From assembly GCA_044892505.1 (NCBI GenBank), contig CM097882.1, forward strand, positions 167,586,001 to 167,649,856: 63,856 nt of DNA. Reading direction: 5' to 3'. The position numbers and the translations under genes were made by a program. The DNA comes from Schmidtea nova (Eukaryota). Position 1 is the stretch's first letter. Each line of letters opens with the position of its first letter. Shown here in pieces: positions 1 to 12,500 of the stretch. The notes beneath the pieces were generated by a model. That model saw only the letters and a list, made by a program, of their open reading frames with translations, ran no database searches and was not told the origin of the DNA.

Positions 1-700
1 TTCTCTCGACTGGTTTTCCATTCGATAGTACATATCGTATAAAAATAGTCAGTTGGTCAACATGGGTAGAGTCTACACTGATTGCAAAGTATTTAGCATT
101 TCTAACTTTTGCGATAATTTTTTTACTGTAACTTTTGATCCATAATTTGATTATTCTTCTCACAAATTGTTTTGGTCACATATGTTGTACTTTTGGATCC
201 CTCTGCCATGTATTTTAATAATGCTCGCCAGAAATGAATCAAACTTTGCAATGATCTTGAAAAAGCTTAAGAAATTGACATTAGTTGGAGATTGAAGTGT
301 TTCATCATCGCCACGAAAGGTAAGGTCTCGTTTTGCGAGACATTTTATGGTTTTAATGACCCACTTAAGAACGTTACACCAATGACTTTTTTCCTATTTG
401 TCGTTGCCAGGATGACAAGATATTACACACAAATCATTGACGTTTCCTTTATGATTTTTACTGTTTTCGTTCACTGTAATTAAAATATGGCAGTTTTTCC
501 AAGTTTCAAACCCACTTTGAAGTGCAGACTCTTGTTTATCATAAAGTTTACAAGGTAAACAAAATATGTTTCCAATAGAAGAGGAATATACAAGCCATTT
601 TCTGGTATTCTTTTCCCAGTTGTACATTTACTTTCAAATATACTCAAAGGAAAAATCTAGATTGAGTGATTTCAATATTCTATACAATACCCCACTTTAA
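1..700 (-). mobile_element. Degenerate hAT (ZMYM1-like) transposase fragment
   Basis: Minus strand RKWLVYSSSIGNIFCLPCKLY...GFETWKN (TTF-type Zn finger) and AKYFAISVDST-HVDQLTIFIRYV...PVER (first catalytic D region), with frameshifts. Interrupted by the LTR element. Confidence 0.8.
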
Positions 701-710
701 ATTAGTATAG

Positions 711-821
711 TGTTATGAAGTACTGAATACTAGAAACTAGTTAAATTCAAATATTTATTAAACATAAAATTTTAGTTATTAAAACAACTTTAAATTAAAG
801 ATTGATTTAATATATATAACA
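711..821 (-). repeat. 3' LTR (111 bp)
   Basis: Direct repeat of 3606-3714. Confidence 0.95.
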
Positions 822-3605
822 TCTCCTTCTCAAATCCAGTCCCCAAATCGGCCCATAGTATAGCATATTGTCTTCGATAGTCAACCTTTCTGATGGTCTT
901 GCAAATGGCTTCTCGGCTTCGGAGCACGACGACCATTTTCCATTTGTCACTCGTTTCATGATTCTTTGCATGAATTTGTTTTTGCTCAGTTCTTCTCTGA
1001 TTTTGTCCTCATCTAAAATACATTTTCTGAATTGGGCGGTCATTGAATGTAAGATGGTCTCTGCTATTACTTCTTCTTCATCTTTAATGTCTTTTTTTAC
1101 ATATTTCAATCGGGACAGGGCATCGACATGTGGGATATCTTTCCCTTTTAGGTACGAAATTTAATAATCATACTGCATCAATAATAATGCCCATTTCGTC
1201 ACTCTTACTGATGTAGTACTGGGAATAGCACTTTTGTTGCCAAACAGATATTGCAGTGGTTTGTGATCGGTTTTGATGTCAAATTTTCTTCCCAAGAGGA
1301 ACTGCTTCAGACGAATCACTGACCATACAATCGCTAATGCTTCGCGCTCTATGTTGGAATAGTTCCTTTCTGCCGGAGATAATGTCCTCAATACATATAT
1401 TTCTGGTGAGCCCTCTTGTGTAAGTATGGCAGCTATAGCGGTTTTGGATGCATCTGTAGTTAATGTTACTTCTTTTTCTAGGTCGTACGGTTTAACTATT
1501 GGTGACTTCGATATCTCCTTTTTTAATTCCTCAAACGCCGACTGGCATGCTTTGGTCCATTGGAAGGCACCACACTTTGATTTCCTTAACTCGTTTATCG
1601 GACGTATTTTCATTGCAAATTGTGGAATTAATCTGCCGAAATAATTGATTAATCCGACAAAGCTTTCCACTTCTTTTCTATTTCCCGGTGTCTGTATCTC
1701 ACGTATTTTCGATACAAGTCTATCATCTGGTTCGATTCCTTTTTCGGATATTTTGAAGCCTAAAAACGTAATCACTTTTGAATGTAGGATAGACTTACTT
1801 TCATTCACTGTGACTTCTTTTTCTTTAAGCCTTGATATGACCGCATTCAATCTTTTTCTCAGCGCTTCATTGTTTTCTGCAAAGATTAAGATGTCGTCTT
1901 GGTAAATTAACAATTCTTTAATGTCTGCTAGGATGTTTTCCATTGTTCTCTGGAAGATTGTTGATGCGTTCTTCATTCCCATCTGCAGTCTGTTTACTTC
2001 GTACAGGCCTTTGCTCTTGTTTATGGCCGATAATTTCTTTGCTTGTTCGTCTAGCTCGATTTGCCAGTAAGCTGAAGTTAAATCTAACTTTGCAAAGACC
2101 TTGACATTCTTTAATTTGGCGAAGATGAACTCAATATTCGGGAGAGGGTAGGCATCCATTTTGATTCTCTCTTTTACATGCACCTTGAAGTCTACACACA
2201 TTCTTATCTCCCCATTTCTCTTCTTTATCCAAATCAACGACGAGGCATTCGTAACCGGGGTTGTGCATGGACTGATTATTCCTATCTTCTCTAATCGGGT
2301 TAGTTCATCGTTCACCTTGCTTTCTAATGCTAATGGTATCGGGCGGGCTCGACAAAATACGTCTTTCGAGTTCTCGATTAGTGTCATTGACGCTTTTATT
2401 CCCTTTATCGACGGGAGAATTTCGGATGGGTGTTTTTCATTTGAGATTTGATTTATTGATAATTCCATTTCATTTAAGATTGAAAGAATGTCCTGACCCA
2501 ACAGGCCAAATTCTTTCGTAGATTGTACTACTATTAACTCGATCGGATATATCTTTGATTTCATTTCGATGTTAGTGTTGAACTTACCGGTTGATTTCAG
2601 TACATGACCATCATATGCTTCTAGAGTCTTCGTTGTTTTCTTTAGTTTGGGTTTACCTAAGTACTCCCATATTGATATCGATATTATTGATACAGTGGCT
2701 CCTGTATCCAATTGCATTTTTACCGGTACTGACTTGATTGTGTACGTCTTTATATTATCCCCAACTTGATTTACAGTTTCGACATGATATATGCCACACT
2801 CCTTCTCGTTATCAGATATATAATTCATTACCTTAGTTTCTTTTGAGAGCTGGGTCGATCGGCACACTTTTGCCAGATGGTTTCTTTTCCCAAATAGTTT
2901 GCATTCTTTATTGAATGCTGGACATTGTCTTTTCTTGTAATTCGATCCGCAAAATTTGCAGTTTGTAACAGTTTCATGGGTTGACTTTTGCTTTGAAAAG
3001 TTTATCTCGAATTCTTTATCTCCTACATTTTCTGTGATGTTTTCTTCGCCTTTGATGAATAATTGTATTTGTTCTGAGTTCTGAATAATGTTCTGGATCT
3101 CGTGAATTGATTTGCAATTGTCCTGACATTGTATGAGAACCTTCTCTTGTGTTGCTTTGTCCCGAATTCCTGTCAATACTGCTATTTTTAACATCTCCTC
3201 TGTAGGGTCGATTACATTCTTTAACTGCTCGAATTCACAGAATCGTGCCCTTGTCTTTAGTCTTGTGACAAAATCGGCTATTGATTCGTTGGCTATTTGC
3301 TTTGTCATATAGAACTTTGTTCTCTCCGCAATAACCAGTCTTCTTTTTGGTTCAAGATACTGCAACAGAGCTTTGTGAATTTTCTCGAATTCCATTTCTT
3401 CAATCTTCTCGGGTTCCACAATTGTCTGAGTTTTCATTAAGACTTTAATTCCGCAACTGGCCATGAAATTGATTGTCGAAATTCTGCCACTGTCTTCTGA
3501 TGTTGACAGGTTGCATCTCGATATAGCTGAAAATGCTAGGAGCCAGCATTTGGCTTCTTCTGCGCATTGCAGGTTTAATTCTCCTAACCTGTGCTGTGAC
3601 GCCAT
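807..3605 (-). pseudogene. Gypsy gag-protease-RT-RNaseH polyprotein with in-frame stop at 1161-1163 and no integrase
   Basis: Degenerate CCHC knuckle, LDTGA protease, YQDD RT, TDAS RNase H. YDY*ISYLKGKDIPHVDALSRL reads on in the same frame into ORF 807-1109. Confidence 0.93.
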
Positions 3606-3714
3606 TGTTATGAAGTACTGAATATTAGAAACTAGTTAAATTCAAATATTTATTAAACATAAAATTTTAGTTATTAAAACAACTTTAAATTAAAGATTTA
3701 TTTAATATATAACA
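3606..3714 (-). repeat. 5' LTR (109 bp)
   Basis: Direct repeat of 711-821. Confidence 0.95.
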
Positions 3715-3967
3715 TATAGTATTCTTAACATGCATGTACTATAATTAAAATGCCCTTTTACTTTCGTCTGACTTGGTTTTTCAGATGTTTTTTCCCAAAG
3801 GTTTTCGTGCTTTGTTTGCAGAATGGTTTATAATTTTAATATAAAAATTAAAATTTTTACATTAAAAAGGTATTTTTAAAAAATATAATGTGTGTAGTGG
3901 CTTAGTTTATAAATTTCTTTTTTTTTAAATTAATTAACTTATCAATTAATTATCTTTTTCTTGATAT

Positions 3968-4178
3968 TCAAAAAATGACAACTTCAACATTTATTTCTCC
4001 CTCGATCGACAAGAAACCAGAAACCAGAAGCAATAATTTCTTAAAAAAGATTCTCATTTGGTCAAACATCATCAAAAATGACAACTTCAACATTTATTTC
4101 TCCCTCGATCGACAAGAAACCAGAAACCAGAAGCAATAATTTCTTAAAAAAGATTCTCATTTGGTCAAACATCATCAA
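3968..4178. repeat. Two-copy tandem duplication, 103-bp period
   Basis: atgacaacttcaac...caaacatcatcaa repeated with atg at 3975 and 4078. Confidence 0.9.
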
Positions 4179-5099
4179 CTATATCCACCAGTGAATCAAA
4201 ATCGGCTTTTCGAAATGCCGTTTCAACTAGTTCTACTGCGAAGTTAATTCACTCCAACGTAAAAACACTATCTACAAACATTGCTTCTGAAACATTGACA
4301 AATCCGATCATATCTGGAATTCCTTCAAACTCAATGACAGTCCTACCAACTACTGGATTTTCGTCGACAGAATCATCAATCAATTTGTTATTTAATAAAT
4401 ACAATATGCATACAATACAATATGCTTAATTGAAGACTTTTTATACATACATAAATTTAATAATCTGCAAACAAATGTACATATTACCTAGTTAAGAAAA
4501 AAATGTAATAAATTTTTATAATTATAATACATATTAACAATTAACAGTCGATGTGATTGCAGTCAACAGTCAACAAAGCAGCACGATATAGAATTTCTTA
4601 TAATAAATTTGAATTTTTCATGAAAACCGGTTGCTAAAAAGAAATTTTAATTGAATAATACGTCAATATCTAACTTATAAAATAATAAAAGAAAAGATGA
4701 TTATGATTTCTTTAAACTAAAGTATTTATAACGAGCAGTTGTACATAACGTATCTATTTAAATTCCTAGTGTTATTAAAATGTTCAAGAAAATAATGCAG
4801 AATAAGAGGGCCCCAGACTTTAGCCTTGTCAGTCTAAGAATAAATCTAGGGCCGAATGGTTATAGATAAAGTAGCTAAATTTCGAAATCATTTGGTGAAC
4901 TTGACTAAATTGTTATTATTGTTTAGCTGTAAAACGACGTTACGGCAGATACTTAAACTTGTTTCAGAAATATAGTTTAAGAACAAAATGCGCTATACAC
5001 TCCATTATTTCTATTTGTTGAGGAAAAATACCAAGTCAATTCTTTAGGGTTTTTTAATTTTTACATTTATTTAACATAAAAAAACTTCAGACTGTTTCT

Positions 5100-5370
5100 T
5101 TGAATTCGTTTATACATTTTATATTTAACAAGCTGATAAGTGGCAAGATCATAGTTTATATATCAAATAATGTCAACTTATTTAAGTTTGGATGGGTCAC
5201 AATAGTAACTTTCGTTTTTCCAATCACTAAACCTACTTTGAAGTGCAGACTCCTGTTTACCATAAAATTTGTAACATACACAAGATATATACAAGACATT
5301 TTTCTAGTAACCTTGTCCCGTCATCCAGTGGCAATATATCGCTCGGTAAATTCTGATCATTAAACAGGTT
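5100..5370 (-). mobile_element. Second degenerate hAT (ZMYM1-like) fragment
   Basis: Shares actttgaagtgcagactc with the sequence near 515-530; reads YGKQESALQSRFSDWKN. Confidence 0.6.
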
Positions 5371-6277
5371 GCTCTTTTACTTTATTACACAAATTTATGA
5401 GTAAAATTTTCCATAAAAATGTACACAAAAAGCAGTAATATTCTTTCCAATTAATTGTTTTTAATAATATAAATTATAATTAATTATTTTTAATAATTTT
5501 AAAGCAAACATGTGAAGAACGAACAACAAATTATATTTGTATGGTTATAAATATAAGAGCATCGCAGGTTGGCCACTCCTGATTTAAACTATTCGCAGAA
5601 TTTCATCACAATTTTGCTTTTAAATTATAATTTCAAACGTATTTAAAAATTTTAATGTATTTATTATGATTTGACAAGTGGTCAATCCTAAAAAAACGAA
5701 TGAGGTGAATTTTAATTAAGTGTAAAGTTTTTCTTTTAAGAAAAATGATTGTTTATAACATCTGTGTTTGATAGTTGAGGAAACTAGCTTTATTTATATA
5801 TAAATCACCCGAAATAGATTCAAACACATTCTTAATTCACTATTATTAATTTTAAATATCACGCTCACTTTCTACTAACTCACAAACATATATCCTTTTA
5901 CTGGCATATTGCAGTTTTTTATACCGCGCGTTTATAAAAAGAACGTCCTGTTCTATAAATAGAATAAGCACTTGTACTGCCCGGCTTCATCATGATTGCA
6001 TTGAACTTCCAAATACAGACGCCAGAATACAAATATTTGCGCCAGTGTTATTAAAATGCTATTATTAAGTTATTTAGACGTTACCGTTATTATGACATAT
6101 TTTTGGTTCTAGATAATGTTGAAAGTTGAAAATATCACCTTGCCTTAATAAACTGATTTTATGTAGAGCTTTTTAAAGTTCAAAATAAATTTTATTTTTG
6201 AATTTTATTTGTCTTTTATTTTTCCGTTTTTCAAATTTGTAGTGTATACTGATAATTAGAATATTCACTTGCGCTAG

Positions 6278-6525
6278 GAAGCTGGAGACAGGCAAATTTA
6301 TCATAGATATTGTATTGAAAGAGCCGCAACGCATTGTTCACATACATTTACGTGTGTCAGTAAAGTCACCGGACTAGAGGCTCAGTTTTTACTTCATAGA
6401 AAACCTGACGTAATCACTCCAAATGGATTGAATCTACAAAGGTTTGCAGCTATTCATGAGTTCCAAAATCTGCACGGGGTTGCAAAGTTAAAAATTAACA
6501 GATTTATTCAGAATCATTTTTATGG
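6278..6525 (+). CDS. GYS1: Glycogen synthase exon ([17 protein letters not shown]...NHFYG)
   Basis: ctag acceptor, gtttgt donor, conserved translation; not captured by the ORF track. Confidence 0.93.
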
Positions 6526-9500
6526 GTTTGTGCATCAATTATTTATTATTATTGTTAGCTAATTTTAGATATTTAGATTTTGATTTAGAGAAAACAGTTT
6601 ATTTATTTACAGCTGGAAGATATGAATTTCAAAATAAAGGCGCTGATATGTTCATAGAATCTTTAGCCAGACTTAACTATCGTCTTAAGGTATATTTTAT
6701 TTTTAACATGATAGTTGCTCATAATATTTCTCTATTAAATTTTGCTTTAATGTGTATATTATAACCTCACATTTTCACTACATCCAATATTTTCCCTGTA
6801 TAATTTAACCTTTGTAATCTTCTGAGAAAAGCTATACCAAACCACCATCTATTTGGCGTGTCTGAAAAGTAATGAGACTACCCTTACCCCACTTACAAGA
6901 CAGAAAGTTTGCAGTAATGCAATTTATTTTCATACAACATAGTCCCCCTTGACTCGAATGACATCTTTACAATGGGTATACAATCGTTCCAGCTCATGCT
7001 GGAAGCGTTCCCACTCAATGCGTCTGAACAACTGCAACGACTCCTTCTGAACTTCTTCTTTGGAGTGGAAGTCCCTCTTTCTGAGGTCTTTTTTCAGGTG
7101 GTTGAACAACCAGCGATCACATTGATTCAAGTTTAGATTGTAAGCTTACTGATGGATTAGCTTGACCTGCCTTTGTTCAAAGAATTCACTGGTGTGTACA
7201 GATGCATGAGGACGCGCATTGTCATGTTACCACCAGAGCTGGTTAAGCCGTGTTGGAGAAGAACGCAGAGTCCTCCATTTTTCACCAGTATCATGGACAA
7301 ACTTAGTGTATCGTTAAGAGGTCACTGTTTCTCCAGGTGGGACAGCAATGTTCTCATCTGCTGTTGATGTTGAAGGCCTTCCACTCTTCGGTTGGTCACA
7401 CAGAGATGTTCGTGAACCTTCAGTGAAATCCTTACACCAGCGAAACACTGTGGCACGGGATAGTATATCAGTCATCTGTGTTTCTTGTAGCTGCTCATAG
7501 ACTTCTGTCCACGTTGTTGTTCAATAAACGCATATGCACGAAAGTGCTCTTTGCTCAGCTCCATTTGTGCAGTCGTTGCACTAAAACAAAGTATGCTACG
7601 AATCATGCCTTATATAGGGTCACACACGCATGTGTGTGAGTAGCCACCTGATTGGTCAGATAGTATAAAGTCTTGTGATTCGTTTAACGCAGTACCAATG
7701 CATAGCTAGCAGTTTTGTGTGTGTGGCATACGAAATCTCATTACTTTTCAGACACGCCAAATATAAGGAGCCTTTATATATTCATAATACCCAACAAACA
7801 CATAAAGTTTAACCAAATTTGACAACTGATTTCAACATAAACTTCAATTAAATAAATTTACACTTTCAGATAAGTCTGTCAAAGGAGAATTATTTTTTAC
7901 AATCAAAAGATGCTTCGGTAAGATTTTAAAATCGTACTTATTAGAAGTACTCTGTTAACAATAACTGCATTTGTTACTCTGTTTTGACAATAATCATTAC
8001 AATTCTGCTAGCAAAATCAACAATCTTTCTCGATTTCAATGATATTAGGACTTATATAAATAACCATAAGCAAATTTTATTAAACTAAAACTGTTTTATA
8101 GCAATTAAAAGTTAAAGGTATGCCTAGCTGTTATAATCCAGATTATTATGTCCTATATTCAGAACTGATTCATAGAGTTTTACGTCTTCGCGGGTCATGA
8201 CTTTGATACCCCCGTATTAAAAGTTAACAATCCAGATAAATAGTTTGATTGATTTGATTTGCAAAAATACAAAATAATTAATTAATTAAAATTTTCTTAA
8301 CGACATTAATTTTTTAATTTTCATTTACGTGCACCACAATTATAATTTTTTTTTGTTTTACAAATTAAAAAATTAAATTAACTATTTAATCTGGATTGTT
8401 AACTTTTAATACAGGAGTGTCAAAGTCCTGACCCGCAAAGACGTCAACAATCTATGAATCAGTTCTGAATAAAGGACAAAATTATTGGCTTTAACTTTAT
8501 TTACATTTTATTATCATATTAATACTTAATTATTGATAAAAATATGAAATAATGCAACTAAAATATGTTTAGTTATTGTTAAGCACAACATTGCGATAAA
8601 TTAAAAAAATTTTCGGTCGTGGCTTGTTAGAAAATTTTACCAATAGTTTGCCAAAAAAAATTTGACATCCCTGGTTCAATAAATAAAACATTGATTGTAA
8701 TTAATATTTATAATATTATAAATAATTTTCAGATTGCAAATAGTGATGTTACAGTTGTGGCTTTCCTAATATTTCCTACTCAAACAAACAATTTTAATAT
8801 TGAAACATTTCGAGCACAAGCGATAGTTAAACAAATAAGAGATACTGTTGAAGAAATTCAGCATAATATTGGACTGAGACTGGTAGATAGTTGCCTCAAG
8901 GGTTCAATTCCAACTGCAGGCTCGGTTTTCGACAATGATGATGTAATGAAGCTTAAACGATGCGTTTTCGCAGCACAAAGATTCTCTCTCCCCCCTATTT
9001 GTACACATAATGTTACACAAGATCATGTTGATCCTATACTCTGTAATTTAAGGCGGTGTAATTTATTTAACAACAGAACTGATAGAGTCAAAGTAAAATT
9101 TTATATTTTCCATTTTTAATAATTTTTTCCGTTTGTTTTGTTTATATTTAAAAATTTGAATATTTTATATATTAAAACAGGATTTAAACAATTTTACTAA
9201 ATTCACTCAAACTTACAAAAATAATGAGTATTTCTGATACTATAATAAATAATTTGTTTAAAAATATATTTTTATTGGTGCCTTAAATTCCTGAAATGAA
9301 ACAAAAAAGTCCTTTATAAATAACTACAATGCGGCACCTCGACAAAACAGCCCCTGACAATAACTAAGTCAGTTTTGTCCAACTGAAAATCTCATATGGC
9401 ACACTAAATAAACTCAAATACCCGCGGTACTTTCGAAAAAAACTGAAAATCAAAATATTCTTCATGGTATTTTCGTTTTGAGGTTACTTTTTCTCTTGCT

Positions 9501-12500
9501 TTTTCAGTTTTGTCTTCATTTTGATGCTGGTTTGAATCTTTCTGCTTTCTTTTCAAGAATTTATCCATGGTAGTTACTAAATTTTGATATTTAAATTTTG
9601 CAATAGCTGGAAAAGCTTTATACTTTAATCACAATTAGCTTTTTCGTGGCACACATCTTGAACAACACTGAACTAAGTCATTTTGGTACGAAATTTTGTC
9701 TATTTATAAATAGAGTAAATTCCTCTAAGATGAACTCCCTAAGATGAAACACCCTAATGAACACTCTAAAATGAAGTCATGAATATTCTTAGTTGTGAAC
9801 ATTTTGTTATTTTGACAAATATTTAGTTTTTAAAAATAAAATTTCAATTTTACTGATTTTATTTATTTATTTATTTGATGCCCTCAAATATTCATGAAAA
9901 AAGTTTCAATTATTTAAAAGAATGAAAGTCGAAACAATACGTTCGTGATCTTAGTAACAGCAAAAAACAGGAAATATGTCTTTTCGCAAAACACACTTCG
10001 GAAATTTCACAGAGATTCTTTGCGAATAGATTCACGTTGAGCGTAAGATCAATTGACAATTGTTAGCTTCTAAACACAACATTAAAGATTCTAGTTTTTC
10101 TAGCGGACTGTTGCGATCCTTCAATGAAAGTCATAAATTAAAAACATGTGTAAACTTTGGTGAAGAAACAGTGGATAAGCTAATAATTGATAATTTTAAC
10201 CCTAAACGGCACGTATTTAATAATCGCTGGAAAAGAATCTTTTTGAAAGCACATTTTGAAAATGTGAGCTAAGATTAATAAAAATCTAAAGTTTCATGAA
10301 TGTAAGTGCCTCTCTAAGTGAGATGTGAATTGCTGTTCCAGAACAACTGTGTATTTTAATGGTATAGATTTATTAGTAGGAAGCGACACATCTATTGAAT
10401 ATGAAAATTAGTAAAATAGTTATGATCCTTAATCACGCAAAGAGAGACGGCACATTTGGAGCATTCAATGTATGTGTAACCAGGTTTTTCACCAAACTAT
10501 CTGAAGTAAGCACATTTTTGCTGGCTGCTGGTGAATCGTGGTAAATTACCAATTGAATCGAAGCTAATGGAGTTGTTAGGACACGGTCGTTTGATTTTTT
10601 TGGCTTGAGGTTCAGAGGAGCTTTCTTGGCTTCATCGGGATAAACCCTCTCTCATTGATGGATTTTGTGGTTGTTAATTAATTTCACCAGCGCGCAAAAG
10701 GCTCTCACTCATTTCCATTGTAAAGCCCAAAAGAGAAAGCTTCTGTTGGTTGGATAGCCGTCAATATTGACGATAGAGTAGCCATGAGTTGATGACTCTT
10801 ACTTGAAGTAGGTAATAGAAGATGTAATGATAATTTTTTTTTGCTACGGAGTAGGATGCGGTATAAACTGAGATACATGTCCAACAAATCAATTCTTTCT
10901 ATATGTTTATTATATTCATAGACTATTGTGGGGCAGGAATCAGAGACCATTGCTCTGTCTTTAACAGAGAAACGATTCACTTGTGGACTGAAGCCTGAAC
11001 CCAGATAAGATGATGCCAATTGTACGGTGGCACTGTCCAGCCAACAAACTACACATATATTTGTATTCACTTCAGTCAAGTAGTCCATCGATCCACGACC
11101 AGTTTTGCAAAGATTTTTCTCTTTTTTCAGAATCTTGTCAGCACCTTTCAATTTGTTATTGCAGAGGCTACAGGTGGAATGTATCCCTTGCTGTTTTAAA
11201 GCAGAAATTAAGGAGATGGACGAAAACCAATTGTCATATTACAATTTACGGTTGATGTTCTTCTCCAATGTCGCACAGAGTGTCAATACTGTGTCACCAC
11301 TACTAGCGAAGATGGCTCCGACGATTTTCCCATATAAATGAATAAGTCGTATAGAATGCCGGTCATTCCACATCTAGCAAAACCTTTTATATCCCATTTA
11401 TTGAGCTTTTTTGGAAGTTACTGCCGCATAGCAGATCTTCTTTTGGTTGGTATCACTTGTTCATCGATGCTTTATTTACGGCATTAACTGTATAGCTTGT
11501 CTCTGTCAGTTGAAGATCTCTTTGTGTTGTCATTGAAATGAAGGCAGCTTTTCAATTTCTTAAAGCGGTTTACTTCTCCGTTAAATGCATCGGCGATGGA
11601 AGGTATTCTCGTCGATGGGCTCCAGTAAATAGGTTAAAATCCCCATTTTTATAATGATCCCTATGAAAACCTCAGTTTCTCCTTTGCAAGTGTTGACGGA
11701 AGTGACAACACCACTTTGCTGAACAGAATAAAGGTCGCAATTTTCTCTAATAATGTATCACCGATGAAATGTTTTAAGCAGTCCACGTTTTTCACATATG
11801 GAAGTGAATCTGTAATAGAAGGTCACAGGTAGAAGGCATTGGTAGGAACAGGGGGCGATGTCTCCATCAAAAAGTCTGAGGGAAAATGGTCGCTAAATTT
11901 TCCATCTCGTCTCCAACTTTGTCACTAGTATCTTCATATTTGCTATTGTCGTTGTTGTCTAAATTAATAATGATAGACTGCTATTGTTATTCAGCACGTC
12001 TTATTGTTTGTTATAGTGATCTTCTTTCTCATGATATTTTCAATAGTTTCTAAAGCTTGATCCTTCGCCGAACGTGATGGCTGTTGTCTCGACATTATGA
12101 ATTAACAGTTAATTGCCTCAAAATCGGTTTATTAAATTCGGAGAAATTGTATGTGAAAGTTTAGCTACGTTTTAATAAAATTAAATAAATGGAATGTATC
12201 ATTCCATTCCCGATTTATTTCTTTTTTGCTCTCGTGAAAACAATCTCAACATGACATCTATGATTATAGTGTGTGCAGTCTGCTGCGATGAATGTACTAA
12301 GGTAAATTCATTATCATTTATAGCACACAGTTGTTCCTGAACAACCAAGAGTTTTAGCCTGTATCTCATATCAACAGATTTTCTCGATCTCAACAGTTAT
12401 ACTAGAAGTTCATACACTAAACTAATTATGAAAAATTCATGAATCTTAAATGTCCCCTCGTAATGTGTAATACTTCATAGTAAAGTTTATGCTTTTATAA

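Larger units (their letters stand above)
711..3714 (-). mobile_element. Gypsy LTR retrotransposon lacking integrase
   Basis: TG..CA LTRs at 711-821 and 3606-3714 (2 substitutions and a 2-bp indel). TATAG TSD at 706-710 and 3715-3719. PPT-like AGAAGGAGA before the 3' LTR and PBS-like TGGCGTCAC after the 5' LTR. Confidence 0.95.

Noticed and set aside
868-2521. + strand ORFs 868-1164, 1426-1644, 1645-1905, 2161-2451, 2327-2521
   Set aside because: Antisense shadows of the Gypsy pol frame with no independent motifs.
9722-9778. Four ~14-bp repeats (ctaagatgaa-like) as a possible CRISPR-like or binding-site array
   Set aside because: No unique spacers and a eukaryotic context; typical of transposon subterminal repeats.
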